Below, one piece after another: positions 52,096 through 62,222 of a stretch of 64,000 nt of DNA. Made by a program: the position numbers and the translations under genes. The notes under the pieces were generated by a model that made no database searches, was not told where the DNA came from, and was given only the letters and a program-made list of their open reading frames with translations. Location: sequence record SRR20825019_235; one strand, given 5' to 3'. The first letter of the stretch is position 1. Every line of letters begins with the position of its first letter.

Positions 52096-52997
52096 AAGCA
52101 TTAGTACTTTTTGTAGTATTTGGAGTTTCGTTGATCGCGCGCGGTCAGGAGTTAAATTGTCAGGTCAGCGTAATTGCAGACGCCAAGTTGGAAGTCACCA
52201 GCGTTGAACTTGAGGTTTTCGCTCAACTCAAGCAAGCGGTTTTTGATTTTATGAACAACAATCCTTGGACCACTGATCATTTTGAAGTTGAGGAACGAAT
52301 TAATTGCAATATTCAACTTCAAATCAGCGAAATCCCATCACCAGGAACTTACAGAGGATCGATGCAAATTCAATCTTCTAGACCAGCATTTAGCTCGAGC
52401 TACAATACAACGATATTCAATTTTCAAGACGATGATGTTACTTTCAATTTCACCAGAGGAAATTTAACCTTGCGTTATGCTCCAAATCAGTTTATTGACA
52501 ATTTATCTTCCATGTTAGCATTTTACGCATACTACGTAATCGCTATGGACTACGATTCTTTTTCAAAGAATGGCGGGACGAAATACTTTAACGAAGCACA
52601 ACAAATTGTAAACTTGGCGCAAACAGCAAACTTTGGCGGATGGAAATCGAACGAAAATGGAAAAAGAAATCGTTATTGGTTAATCGATAATGCTTTGCAT
52701 GAGCTTTTTTCACCGCTCCGTGAGTGTAACTACGAGTACCACAGAAAAGGAATTGATATGATGTATCAAAGTCCTGAAGAAGCAAGAAAAGCGATTAAAA
52801 GTTCGTTGGATAAACTGATGAAAGTAGCTGCAACTCGTCCCAATTCTCTTAATCTTCTTAACTTTTTACAAGCTAAGACCAATGAATTGAAGAATCTATA
52901 CCAAGATGCTGAACAGCCAGAGAAAAATGAGATTGTCAATTTGCTCAAGCGACTCGATCCAGCGAATTCTTCCAAATACCAAGAGATTCTCGGCTAA
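52092..52997 (+). CDS. porD: DUF4835 / T9SS-associated PorD
   Basis: QELNCQV, FMNN..WT...F...ERINC, LAFYAY, DYDSF, NRYWL; between coaBC and recN. Confidence 0.8.
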   Translation: MKALVLFVVFGVSLIARGQELNCQVSVIADAKLEVTSVELEVFAQLKQAVFDFMNNNPWTTDHFEVEERINCNIQLQISEIPSPGTYRGSMQIQSSRPAFSSSYNTTIFNFQDDDVTFNFTRGNLTLRYAPNQFIDNLSSMLAFYAYYVIAMDYDSFSKNGGTKYFNEAQQIVNLAQTANFGGWKSNENGKRNRYWLIDNALHELFSPLRECNYEYHRKGIDMMYQSPEEARKAIKSSLDKLMKVAATRPNSLNLLNFLQAKTNELKNLYQDAEQPEKNEIVNLLKRLDPANSSKYQEILG

Positions 52998-54647
52998 ATG
53001 ATCACAACATTAAGAATAGAAAACTTCGCACTCATTGACGAAGCCACCATTCGATTTAACGAAGGATTTACAGTTATAACAGGAGAAACAGGGTCAGGAA
53101 AGTCTATTCTTCTGAATGCACTTAACCTCATTCTTGGTGAGCGTGCAGACTTTTCCGTAATTGGAAAATTAAAGGATAAATCAATCGTAGAAGCAGAAAT
53201 AGATCTCACATCTTTCGAAATGGAATCCTTTTTTGTGGAAAATGAACTTGACTTTTTCGATCAATGTATTGTTCGTCGTGAGATTTCAACCCAAGGCAGA
53301 TCAAGAGCGTTTATTAATGATACACCGGTTGGACTGAATATCTTGAAAGAGTTTTCTTCTCAAATGATTCACATTCATTCGCAATACAATACCCTCGAAT
53401 TAAAAGAACCGTCTTACCAATTGGAAGTATTGGATGTCCTTTCAGGATGTGCAGCTGATTCAAAGGAATTCGGAAAGAAATTTGCCATTTATCAGCTTGA
53501 AATTCGACGTTTGGATAAGTTGAAAGAACAATTGAGTGAAATCAGTGCTCAAGCAGATTACAATGATTTTCAATTAAAAGAATTGGAATCGCTCCTGCTG
53601 GAAAAGTTCAATTATGAAGAATTACAGCAAGAATTATCGAAAGGAGAATATTCAGATGAACTCAAAGGAATTTATTCCGAAGTAATAACGGCTTTGCAAA
53701 ATGAAAGCGGTGTGCTAGATACACTCGTTGGACTAAAAGTATCTTTGCAAAAGCATATTGCAAAAGATCCTGCGATTGGTAGTATGCTCGAACGACTGGA
53801 AAGTACGCGCTTGGAATTGAGTGACATCGCGGATGAGTCTGAACAACTCCTTGAAGGAATTGAAACAGATCCAGAGAGGATTGCATTGCTTTCGGAGCAA
53901 TTGGATGCTTACAATCGAATTTTATTCAAACATAAGCTCGCTAATCAACAAGAGTTGAAAGCATTCATGGATCAATTGGGAAGTGAAGCGGCAAATTCGC
54001 AAGAATTGACAGAAGAGATCGCAAAGCTAGAATTGTCTTTGAATGATCAATCCCAAAAATTAAAGAAACAGGCGCTAGACCTTCATAAAAAACGGAAATC
54101 GGCAATTCCGGCCATCCAGAAAGAACTTCAAGAAGCATTGGAAGATTTGAAACTGACGAACACGTCTTTCACATTTGATCTTTCTGAATTAAGTGATTTC
54201 AATGCTCACGGTGTCTCAAAAGTGGAGATGCTATTTAGTCCCAATGCTGGAATCTCAGCTGTTCCAGTGCATAAAGCGGCGAGTGGTGGAGAACTTTCTA
54301 GAGTAATGCTCGCTTTACAAAGCTTGATGTCTTCTAGAATTAAACTTCGAAGTGTATTTTTTGATGAAATTGATACAGGAGTTTCAGGCGACGTGGCTCA
54401 GAAAGTTGGGGCTACATTGGCAAAAATGGGACAAGGAATGCAGGTAATTGCCATTACACACCTTCCTCAAGTCGCAGCAAAAGGAAGTCAACACTTAAAA
54501 GTTTCCAAAAACCTGACAGACGGTAGAACTCTTTCTCGAGTTACTGAGTTAACGCCGCAAGAACGAATAGAAGAAACGGCTCGTTTAATGAGCGGAGATG
54601 TTATTAATGAAGCAGCACTTGAAAATGCGCGTGCATTGATGAACTAA
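52998..54647 (+). CDS. recN: DNA repair protein RecN
   Basis: ITGETGSGKS, coiled coil, ASGGELSR, FDEIDTGVSG, ITHLPQVAA. Confidence 0.96.
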   Translation: MITTLRIENFALIDEATIRFNEGFTVITGETGSGKSILLNALNLILGERADFSVIGKLKDKSIVEAEIDLTSFEMESFFVENELDFFDQCIVRREISTQGRSRAFINDTPVGLNILKEFSSQMIHIHSQYNTLELKEPSYQLEVLDVLSGCAADSKEFGKKFAIYQLEIRRLDKLKEQLSEISAQADYNDFQLKELESLLLEKFNYEELQQELSKGEYSDELKGIYSEVITALQNESGVLDTLVGLKVSLQKHIAKDPAIGSMLERLESTRLELSDIADESEQLLEGIETDPERIALLSEQLDAYNRILFKHKLANQQELKAFMDQLGSEAANSQELTEEIAKLELSLNDQSQKLKKQALDLHKKRKSAIPAIQKELQEALEDLKLTNTSFTFDLSELSDFNAHGVSKVEMLFSPNAGISAVPVHKAASGGELSRVMLALQSLMSSRIKLRSVFFDEIDTGVSGDVAQKVGATLAKMGQGMQVIAITHLPQVAAKGSQHLKVSKNLTDGRTLSRVTELTPQERIEETARLMSGDVINEAALENARALMN

Positions 54648-54648
54648 G

Positions 54649-55590
54649 ATGCAATTTTCTCTTCCATTTTCTTCTCCCAAATTTTCTTTTGAATTTTCAC
54701 ATGGCGCACCAATTGTCCTTTTCGGGAGTTGTTTTTCGGACGAATTAGAAGTGTATTTTAAGAACAGCGGTTTCGACGTTTGCAGTAATCCCTTTGGAAC
54801 GCTGTTTCATCCCTTAGCGCTTTCTTCGGTAATTCATTCTTCGATTGATGAGAACGCTGCAATTGATGTTCACAAGCGTGGAGATATCTATTTTTCGTGG
54901 GATGCTTCTTCGAAGTTATTTGGAATGAGTGAAGAAGCATTGAAATCCTCACTTCTAAAACAAAGAGCACACACGCGAAAACAGTTTCTCTCGGCACAAA
55001 CGGTGATTATTACTTTCGGAAGCGCGTTTGGTTATCGCCATAAAGAACTTGATATTGTTGTTGGTAACTGCCACAAAGCACCAAAAGAGACTTTTAGTAA
55101 GGAACTTAGTTCGTTAGATTTAATGTTCTCTGAATGGCTAAAAACGATCGATGAGATCAAATCATTGAATCCTTCCATTGAACTAATTTTCACTGTGAGC
55201 CCAGTGCGACATAGCAAAGATGGATTGATTGAAAACAATAGAAGCAAGGGGCGATTGATTGAATTGGCACATCGCATTTGTGAAGAAACGTCCTCACATT
55301 ATTTCCCTTCGTATGAAATCGTGATCGACCAACTGCGTGACTACCGTTTTTTCGAAAAAGATTTGGTTCATCCGAACAAACTGGCGATTGATCATGTTTG
55401 GGAGCAGTTTTCAAATTCAACGTTTTCAGAAGAAACAAAAGGAGTTGTGAAAAAAGTTAATGCTTATTATCAGATGGCGAATCACAAGTTAAGCTTCCCC
55501 GAATCTGAAGAAGCGACCAAGCATACCGAATCTGTTAAAAGACTTCGGGAAGAGATTTTGGACGCCCATCCTGAGGTTATTATTCACTAA
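54649..55590 (+). CDS. GSCFA domain protein
   Basis: GSCFS, NPFGTLFHP, NCHK.P, FTVSPVRH, YFPSYEIV.D.LRDYRF. Confidence 0.92.
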   Translation: MQFSLPFSSPKFSFEFSHGAPIVLFGSCFSDELEVYFKNSGFDVCSNPFGTLFHPLALSSVIHSSIDENAAIDVHKRGDIYFSWDASSKLFGMSEEALKSSLLKQRAHTRKQFLSAQTVIITFGSAFGYRHKELDIVVGNCHKAPKETFSKELSSLDLMFSEWLKTIDEIKSLNPSIELIFTVSPVRHSKDGLIENNRSKGRLIELAHRICEETSSHYFPSYEIVIDQLRDYRFFEKDLVHPNKLAIDHVWEQFSNSTFSEETKGVVKKVNAYYQMANHKLSFPESEEATKHTESVKRLREEILDAHPEVIIH

Positions 55591-55597
55591 AAAAGAT

Positions 55598-55660
55598 ACG
55601 CTCACACACAAGCTTTCGCGGCAACAAACACATAAGCTCGCCGCCGCGTCCACTGTTACT
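55598..55660 (-). repeat. Possible third attC-like remnant or hairpin directly after the phosphoesterase stop
   Basis: Minus strand AGTAACAG...CGCGGC/GCCGCG stem...AGCTTGTGTGTGAGCGT; both ends resemble the 1303-1421 element. Confidence 0.3.
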
Positions 55661-55665
55661 ATTTC

Positions 55666-56838
55666 CTAAAGTCTAATTTTTCTACCATTGTGTAGAACCC
55701 GATAGTACTTATTTCCCACAATCAGCAAACCTTCCGATTGTTGATTTGGCCATTGCTCGCTGTAATCTTTAGGATGTTTTACATCTATCCCGATGACCCT
55801 GCCTTTGTATTGCGCATTGACCTTAGATTGAATCGTATGTCCAACTATAATGGATTTCGCGTTAAACTTTCGCAGTGGCATTTCGACTTCCTGCTGCGTT
55901 AAATCATCTTTAAAATAGCCACGATACCAACAAATTCCCGTTTTGGAAGAGAGGAGTAAATCGGTCTTGTTCTTCTTCACTTTCGGATACGGTGCGGAGT
56001 AATAATTCTTTCTCAAAAAGCGATTGATCTCCTCTAGCGACATGTCAAGTTTTGCAATGTCTGGATGCAATCCGCCGTGAGCAAAAAGATTTCCATTGAT
56101 TGATTCTATTGCATTTTTACTCGTTAGCCACTTTCCTAAAACGGAGTTTGGATCGTATAAATTTGCCTGTGTTTTATTCAAGATAGAAACGACATAGGTG
56201 TATTTAAGCGATGCAGCTTCATAATCTCCATACATGTTCTTTAATTCGTGGTTTCCTATGATGAAATGAACCAATCCGCCTTTTTTATTGGCTTCTTGCT
56301 CTAATTTATAGATGAACCAAAGTACTTGTGTAGTCGAAAAACCTCGGTCAACAAAATCGCCTACCAAAACCAAATGACCTTTACCGAACGTCCAATTTAG
56401 ATTTCGATCAATGACCTTGTTTTCAATCAGGAAATCCCGAAAGGTCCTAAATCCACTTTCAATATCAGAAATGGCTAGTATTTTATTTTCATCTTCATAC
56501 ACGGCTGGCGGAGGAAATGAAGCCTTTTGAATGGTAAACTCAAACTGTGTTGAGTCCAATGGAAAAAAACAACTCGCTTTAATCAGGTCTGAATTTGAAA
56601 ACTCGGTTTGGCCAAGAGAGAAGCCATCATCCTTGTTTCCACGAATATAACCGACGCTAATCGTGCTGTCACTCGTGTAAAAGGCATAAGGACCTTCACG
56701 ATCAAGTGCTAGTCGAAGTGGGTTCTCGCCATAGCTAAGACTTGCTCCGTGATACAGTCCAATCGGAACTAAGATTGCTAGAAGTAAAAATAGTGTGACA
56801 AATAAATGCTTTAGGTAACGAAAAATTCTTTGTTTCAT
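55666..56838 (-). CDS. Calcineurin-like metallophosphoesterase (Shewanella-like phosphatase type), N-terminal TM
   Basis: SDIES, GDFVDRG, GNHE, HGG, GHT; start trimmed to MKQRI. Confidence 0.9.
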   Translation of the reverse strand: MKQRIFRYLKHLFVTLFLLLAILVPIGLYHGASLSYGENPLRLALDREGPYAFYTSDSTISVGYIRGNKDDGFSLGQTEFSNSDLIKASCFFPLDSTQFEFTIQKASFPPPAVYEDENKILAISDIESGFRTFRDFLIENKVIDRNLNWTFGKGHLVLVGDFVDRGFSTTQVLWFIYKLEQEANKKGGLVHFIIGNHELKNMYGDYEAASLKYTYVVSILNKTQANLYDPNSVLGKWLTSKNAIESINGNLFAHGGLHPDIAKLDMSLEEINRFLRKNYYSAPYPKVKKNKTDLLLSSKTGICWYRGYFKDDLTQQEVEMPLRKFNAKSIIVGHTIQSKVNAQYKGRVIGIDVKHPKDYSEQWPNQQSEGLLIVGNKYYRVLHNGRKIRL

Positions 56839-56901
56839 AATTGGGTGTTTTTTGATGTATGAAAGCAAATGTCTAGATCACATTTTTAAGAATTTCATTT
56901 T

Positions 56902-56953
56902 TGTGATCAACTCAGAACCAATTGGGACAGATTCTTCGAATTGGGGTATGAGT
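56902..56953 (-). promoter_or_regulatory. Putative LytTR binding site: three degenerate direct repeats at 21-bp period
   Basis: Minus strand ACTCATACCC / ATCTGTCCCA / GTTGATCACA (plus-strand starts 56944, 56923, 56902) between the divergent phosphoesterase and LytS genes. Confidence 0.45.
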
Positions 56954-57047
56954 GTACTTTGTCTCGTTTCTACGACTTTATACCCCTGAAAACAGATGGT
57001 TCATCACTTTAACTATTTTATTAATTCTAATCTGGCTATTTTTCAGA

Positions 57048-57872
57048 ATGATTTCAATATTCAAACGAAACAATTGGCTACTCACGAAAGTGCTCGTTCT
57101 CATATCTGTGCTGATTCCAGTGGGCGTAATTGCCTATGAATTGATAATTCTGGGAAAAGACTCAGTGATTGTGCTCGGAGACTATCCAACCGCAGTGGGA
57201 ATTGTAATAATGATGTATTATACCATTCTTGTCATAGGTGGAATAATTTGGATGATCATACAGCTAAAGGCGTTGATGAGTCTGAAAAATGAAAATAAGA
57301 AGAATGAACTTCTACATTTACAAAGTCAGGTGAATCCGCATTTCTTTTTTAATATGCTCAACAACCTTTACGGTTTAGTAGATAAGGATAGCGCAAAATC
57401 GAAAGAACTCATTTTAAAATTATCCGATTTAATGCGTTATAGCATCTATGAAGGAGAAAGAAATCTGGTTCCAATTGAGGAAGAAATAACTTATTTGAAA
57501 AACTATATTGAGTTGCATAAAATGCGTTATCATAAAAACATAGATGTTGAGTTCAATGTCAATTTGGGAGATGATGCTATTGAAGTAATGCCTTTGTTAT
57601 TCATTATTCTGTTGGAAAACGCATTTAAGCACGGGATCGAGAACTTGCGAGAAGATGCTTTTGTTAAAATCAATATAAACTCAAGAAATGGAAATGGAAA
57701 TGTTGATTTTGAAATAGAGAACAATTTTGATCCAAGTGAACTTTCAACAGAAAAGGGAATCGGTTTGAAAAATCTAAAACGTAGATTGGAACTCGCTTAT
57801 CCCAAAAGACATACATTGGTGTTTACAAATGCTGCCCCGATTTTCAAGGCTCAATTACAACTGCGAAAATGA
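57048..57872 (+). CDS. LytS/YehU-family sensor histidine kinase
   Basis: LQSQVNPHFFFNMLN, LSDLMRYS, ILLENAFKHG, GIGLKN; start uncertain (GTG 56952 or ATG 57048). Confidence 0.9.
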   Translation: MISIFKRNNWLLTKVLVLISVLIPVGVIAYELIILGKDSVIVLGDYPTAVGIVIMMYYTILVIGGIIWMIIQLKALMSLKNENKKNELLHLQSQVNPHFFFNMLNNLYGLVDKDSAKSKELILKLSDLMRYSIYEGERNLVPIEEEITYLKNYIELHKMRYHKNIDVEFNVNLGDDAIEVMPLLFIILLENAFKHGIENLREDAFVKININSRNGNGNVDFEIENNFDPSELSTEKGIGLKNLKRRLELAYPKRHTLVFTNAAPIFKAQLQLRK

Positions 57873-58567
57873 TTAATTACATTATTATAGATGACGAGTA
57901 CATTGCCCATGACATTATTAAAGATTATTGTAGCGCTCTGTCTACGATGAACCTAAAAAAGCAGTGTTATGACGCCTTAGAAGCGTTGGACTATTTACGA
58001 GAAAATAAAGTTGATTTGATTTTCTTGGATCTGAATATGCCAAAACTGAAAGGGTTTGATTTTTTAAAAACACTTTCTAATCCACCAAAGGTTATTGTTA
58101 CAACGGCCTACAAGGAGTTTGCGCTTGAAGGTTACGAGCTGGAAGTGGTAGATTATCTCTTGAAACCATTCAGTTTTGAGCGTTTTTTGAAAGCACTGAA
58201 TAAAGCAATTTCTATCCGAGAAACGAGTCCAAAGGTTCAACCTACGGAGAATACTGAAACGGGGCATGTATTTCTTTACAGCGATAAAAAACACATTCAG
58301 GTGAAAGTGGATGACATATTATTGGTAGAAGCCGCGGGGAACTATTCAAAAGTGGTTTTACAAGATCAAACGATAGTGGTGAGAGAGAAGATTTCTGATA
58401 TGTTTGAGAAATTACCATCAGATCAGTTTATTAAAATTCATAAGTCATTTTTTATAGCGAAAGAACACATCACAAGTATTGAGAATACTAGAGTAGTGAT
58501 CGGCGACCATACAGTTCCAATTGGAAAACTCTATAAGCTGAATGTATTAGAATTAATTAAAGGATAA
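57869..58567 (+). CDS. LytR/AlgR-family response regulator
   Basis: IIDDE, FLDLNMP, DYLLKPF; LytTR FIKIHKSF. Confidence 0.95.
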   Translation: MINYIIIDDEYIAHDIIKDYCSALSTMNLKKQCYDALEALDYLRENKVDLIFLDLNMPKLKGFDFLKTLSNPPKVIVTTAYKEFALEGYELEVVDYLLKPFSFERFLKALNKAISIRETSPKVQPTENTETGHVFLYSDKKHIQVKVDDILLVEAAGNYSKVVLQDQTIVVREKISDMFEKLPSDQFIKIHKSFFIAKEHITSIENTRVVIGDHTVPIGKLYKLNVLELIKG

Positions 58568-58737
58568 CCCTTTCTGATCCTGAGCTAGATGATGTTATTT
58601 TGCATTCTTCGGACTGACGGATTTCTATTTTAATTATGCTTTTTTATGTTAAAATGTGTGAGATTCGAGCATTTTTGACTGGGCGTTGTAACGAAAAGTA
58701 GTAATATCGCTATAGTGAAAACCTAAACAAACACAAC

Positions 58738-61113
58738 GTGCGAATTATTGTCTCCCTCCTTTTTATTTTTTGTTCTTTTCATTTTCTTTTCTCCCAAAAC
58801 ACGCGACTTCATGCTACGATAGAATCTGAAGAAATTCCAAGCGGGATAGGACGAGGGATAATTTATTCACTTCCAGACTCTGCGCTCATCAAGGGAAGTT
58901 ATTTGGACAGCGCGGAATACAATGTTCAATTTCAGGGAGTCAAAGGAAAAGAGTACTATTTCAAATTAAGCATTCCTGGATACAAAGACACGTTGATTAA
59001 TTTCATCGTAAACAGCGCTGTTGTTGAACTTGGAACAATTGTGCTTTTGAATCAACAGGCATTGGGTGAAGTGAGTGTAGTGTACCGAGAACCCTTTTTT
59101 GAAAGAACAATTAACGGGATTAAAGTAAATGTTCAAGGGACAACGTTAGAAGAATTGAACACACTTTTTGATATTCTCAAAGCATCTCCGCGCTTAACAT
59201 CTCCAGACGACGAGACAATTGAAATTATAGGTCGTGGTGCTCCGCTTATTCTCATAGATCGACAACCAATTATGTCCAATGATGAGTTAAAAGCAATTCC
59301 AGCTAACCAAGTTGATCGCTTTGAAATTCTCACGAATCCATCAGCGAAATATAAGGCACAGGGGAGCGGAAATGGTGTAATTGAAGTGTTTACCACTAAT
59401 TTCTCTTTGGAAGGTTATCGGGCGAATATGCGCTTGGAAGGTGGAGCAAATACGGAAGGCAAGCCAAATGGGTCAACGAACTTTGGACTCAGCATAAAGC
59501 GGAAAAAATTCTCACTGAGTGGATTCGGTGGCGTGTATTATTTCTCAACAAATTCCTTTGGGAAATCCTTGGGATATTCAACCGTAAGTGATCTTAATAA
59601 TACTGGAACTTATGCTGGAGATCGCATAAATATCTGGCGGAATTACAAAGTCAAAATGGGCTATGCATTTTCCGATTCAAGTCGATTGAGTTTTGGAGTC
59701 TACGGAAACGGAAGCACAGGTGAGAACAATTATACCACCAAAAGCTATTATTATTCTGGAGACAGTCTCCGCACCTATCGAAATGAGTCTAGTACGAATA
59801 ATTACAAATGGTTGAATAATAGTGCTTATGTAAATTATACGTTGGATACCGATTCTCTTGGAAGCTATTTTGAAGTAAATGCGAATTTCACTAAACGAGT
59901 GAGTGATAGGGATGGAATTTCTGAGAACACTTTCAATTATGGACTTGGAGATACACAGAACAATGTGCAAACAGCGAGTTTTGATAGACCGAACGTCGGA
60001 GAACTTCGTGTTAATTTTGAGCATCATTTTGATACTTCTGAGTTTAAATTGGAACTCGGAGCTTCGTACAATATTTTACAAAATGAGAAGAAATTCAGGA
60101 GATTTACTGGAGAATCTGGCGCTTGGGAAGAAGATGAATCAGCTCGAAACTCATACAATTACCATGAACATATTATTGGCGGTTTCGCACAGATCTCAAA
60201 AATGCTAACGAAGAAACTAGGAGCACAAGTGGGTGTAAGGGCTGAATATACTTTACTCGATGGATACAGTAAAACGCTAGATCAGCAATTCATGGATTCA
60301 AGCTATTTATTGCCTTTCCCGAATGTTGGGATGCAGTATCAATTTTCTGATAATGTAGTATTTACAACCTATTACGAAACAGGAATTGATCGACCACAGT
60401 TCAATAATTACGATCCTTTTGTGCGCGTCGTTGACAGTTTAACAGTGGAAGTAGGAAATCCGTTTTTGAGACCGTCATATTCTCATACTTTCGGAGCAGA
60501 ACTAGAGTTATTTTATTCCTATTCACTCAGTTTTTCATACTCGCGCTATACTAAAGATCAAAGTACAGTCTCCTTTATTGATACAAACACGCTCATAACA
60601 ACATCCACTCCATGGAATTCCAATTACAACGAAACCTATAGTTTGAGTTTTAGCATTCCTATAAAGGCAAAATGGGTAAATGGATGGAATTCATTTTGGG
60701 TGGATTACAACAATTATTATTTCACGGAAGTTTTTAGCCGCGATCCATTTACGAATATCAACCTTGGATTTTATTCCTATTTGACCTTTGACCTCCCATA
60801 CGATTTTCAGATAATGAATCAATTTTCGGTGAATAAATGGGCAGATGATACGATGGATGGAAATTTAACCCAACGTTGGGGAATTAGAGCAACAAAGAAG
60901 TTTAAATCACCTGACATCAATATTTTCGCAGAAGTATCGAACATTATTCCTGCGATAAACAAATATGAATTAACCTCAGGGAATTACTTCATAAGCAGTG
61001 TCAACCAAAATCAATTTACAACCTTCACAGCAGGGGTTTTCTTTAAATTCGGTCGCTTGAAATCTGATCCAACGATCAAAGAGTCTAAATCTGGGCAAAA
61101 TGATCGATTATGA
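58738..61113 (+). CDS. TonB-dependent receptor-like outer-membrane beta-barrel protein
   Basis: GTG start with signal peptide; plug LKAIPANQVDRFEILTNPSAKY.A.G..GVI; GNPFLRP; YF.FG-like end. Confidence 0.85.
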   Translation: MRIIVSLLFIFCSFHFLFSQNTRLHATIESEEIPSGIGRGIIYSLPDSALIKGSYLDSAEYNVQFQGVKGKEYYFKLSIPGYKDTLINFIVNSAVVELGTIVLLNQQALGEVSVVYREPFFERTINGIKVNVQGTTLEELNTLFDILKASPRLTSPDDETIEIIGRGAPLILIDRQPIMSNDELKAIPANQVDRFEILTNPSAKYKAQGSGNGVIEVFTTNFSLEGYRANMRLEGGANTEGKPNGSTNFGLSIKRKKFSLSGFGGVYYFSTNSFGKSLGYSTVSDLNNTGTYAGDRINIWRNYKVKMGYAFSDSSRLSFGVYGNGSTGENNYTTKSYYYSGDSLRTYRNESSTNNYKWLNNSAYVNYTLDTDSLGSYFEVNANFTKRVSDRDGISENTFNYGLGDTQNNVQTASFDRPNVGELRVNFEHHFDTSEFKLELGASYNILQNEKKFRRFTGESGAWEEDESARNSYNYHEHIIGGFAQISKMLTKKLGAQVGVRAEYTLLDGYSKTLDQQFMDSSYLLPFPNVGMQYQFSDNVVFTTYYETGIDRPQFNNYDPFVRVVDSLTVEVGNPFLRPSYSHTFGAELELFYSYSLSFSYSRYTKDQSTVSFIDTNTLITTSTPWNSNYNETYSLSFSIPIKAKWVNGWNSFWVDYNNYYFTEVFSRDPFTNINLGFYSYLTFDLPYDFQIMNQFSVNKWADDTMDGNLTQRWGIRATKKFKSPDINIFAEVSNIIPAINKYELTSGNYFISSVNQNQFTTFTAGVFFKFGRLKSDPTIKESKSGQNDRL

Positions 61114-61361
61114 GTTTGTTTTTGGGAATCGTTAGAACAATTCCTTCAACTTATTGAGATTCAGGAAGGCACAGCGAGAGTCTAATTAAGTCAATTATAT
61201 TCTTCGGAGAATCTCTATTTCACTCGCTATTCCGCAGGAATTTTCTCTATATTCGTTTCATTGAATGTGGATGAATTTGGTGCAGTTTTCAACCCTCGAA
61301 TTTGAAGATTCGAAATAAGTTGCAGACTTCACCCGATTCAAGCACGATTAATTAGGTTTAG

Positions 61362-62045
61362 ATGAAAAAGCGAATCCTTATTGTTGAAGACGAAGTTTTT
61401 ATAGCGGAAGAGCTTTCATGTATAGTCCAAGAACTTGGCTACGACATTACGGACATTGCCTATGATACAAAAAGTGCAATTAATTCGTTAACTCTACAAC
61501 AACCAGATTTGGCTATTTTAGACATTCGAATGCACGGCAAAAATCAAGGATTCGAAATCGCCAAATACATCAATGAAAATCTAGACATTCCTTTTCTGTT
61601 TTTAACGTCTTTCGCAGACAAAGGTACTGTTGAAGAAGCTTCCTTGCTGAAGCCAAACGCCTATATTCTGAAACCATTCAATAATCTGGATATTTATTCA
61701 ACTCTTGCAATCGTTTTTGAATCGTTTGAGAAGAAAACAAAGAAAATTGCTCTTAAAGTAGGTCAGAATTCGACACTTTTTGATGCAAAGGAAATTTTAT
61801 GGATTAAGTCCGATGATAATTACATTGAAGTCAATACAAAAGACAAGCGATATGTCGTTAGAGCAACTATTGATGGATTTCTCGAAGAGTATGGACTTTC
61901 TCAGTTTGTTCGAGTACATCGATCGTATGCAGTGAATCCAAGTAATATAGAAACGTTGACTTCAAATCAACTGACGATTAACGGAATAGAAATACCCGTG
62001 TCTAGAAAGCACATCCACGAGCTGAGAGGTCTTTTTCACTCGTAA
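61362..62045 (+). CDS. Orphan REC-LytTR response regulator
   Basis: ILIVEDE, ILDIRM, YILKPF; FVRVHRSYAVN, IPVSR. Confidence 0.92.
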   Translation: MKKRILIVEDEVFIAEELSCIVQELGYDITDIAYDTKSAINSLTLQQPDLAILDIRMHGKNQGFEIAKYINENLDIPFLFLTSFADKGTVEEASLLKPNAYILKPFNNLDIYSTLAIVFESFEKKTKKIALKVGQNSTLFDAKEILWIKSDDNYIEVNTKDKRYVVRATIDGFLEEYGLSQFVRVHRSYAVNPSNIETLTSNQLTINGIEIPVSRKHIHELRGLFHS

Positions 62046-62222
62046 TTTTCCTCGGAAATTTATTGAGTAAGTATTGCAATTTGGGTCAATTCTCGAAACT
62101 TTAGACTCGATTCTGTTCATTCTCCACACCAATTTGTCTGTTCTCCCCATTCTTCATTAAGGTGATCTCTTTTTGCCTCAACTTCGCTAGGAATTTATTT
62201 ATTAACCAAAACAATAAAATCT

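Noticed and set aside
61114-61361. Intergenic gap considered as a histidine kinase remnant or sRNA
   Set aside because: No kinase motifs recognised; only a short TCGAAT/ATTCGA hairpin, which is insufficient support
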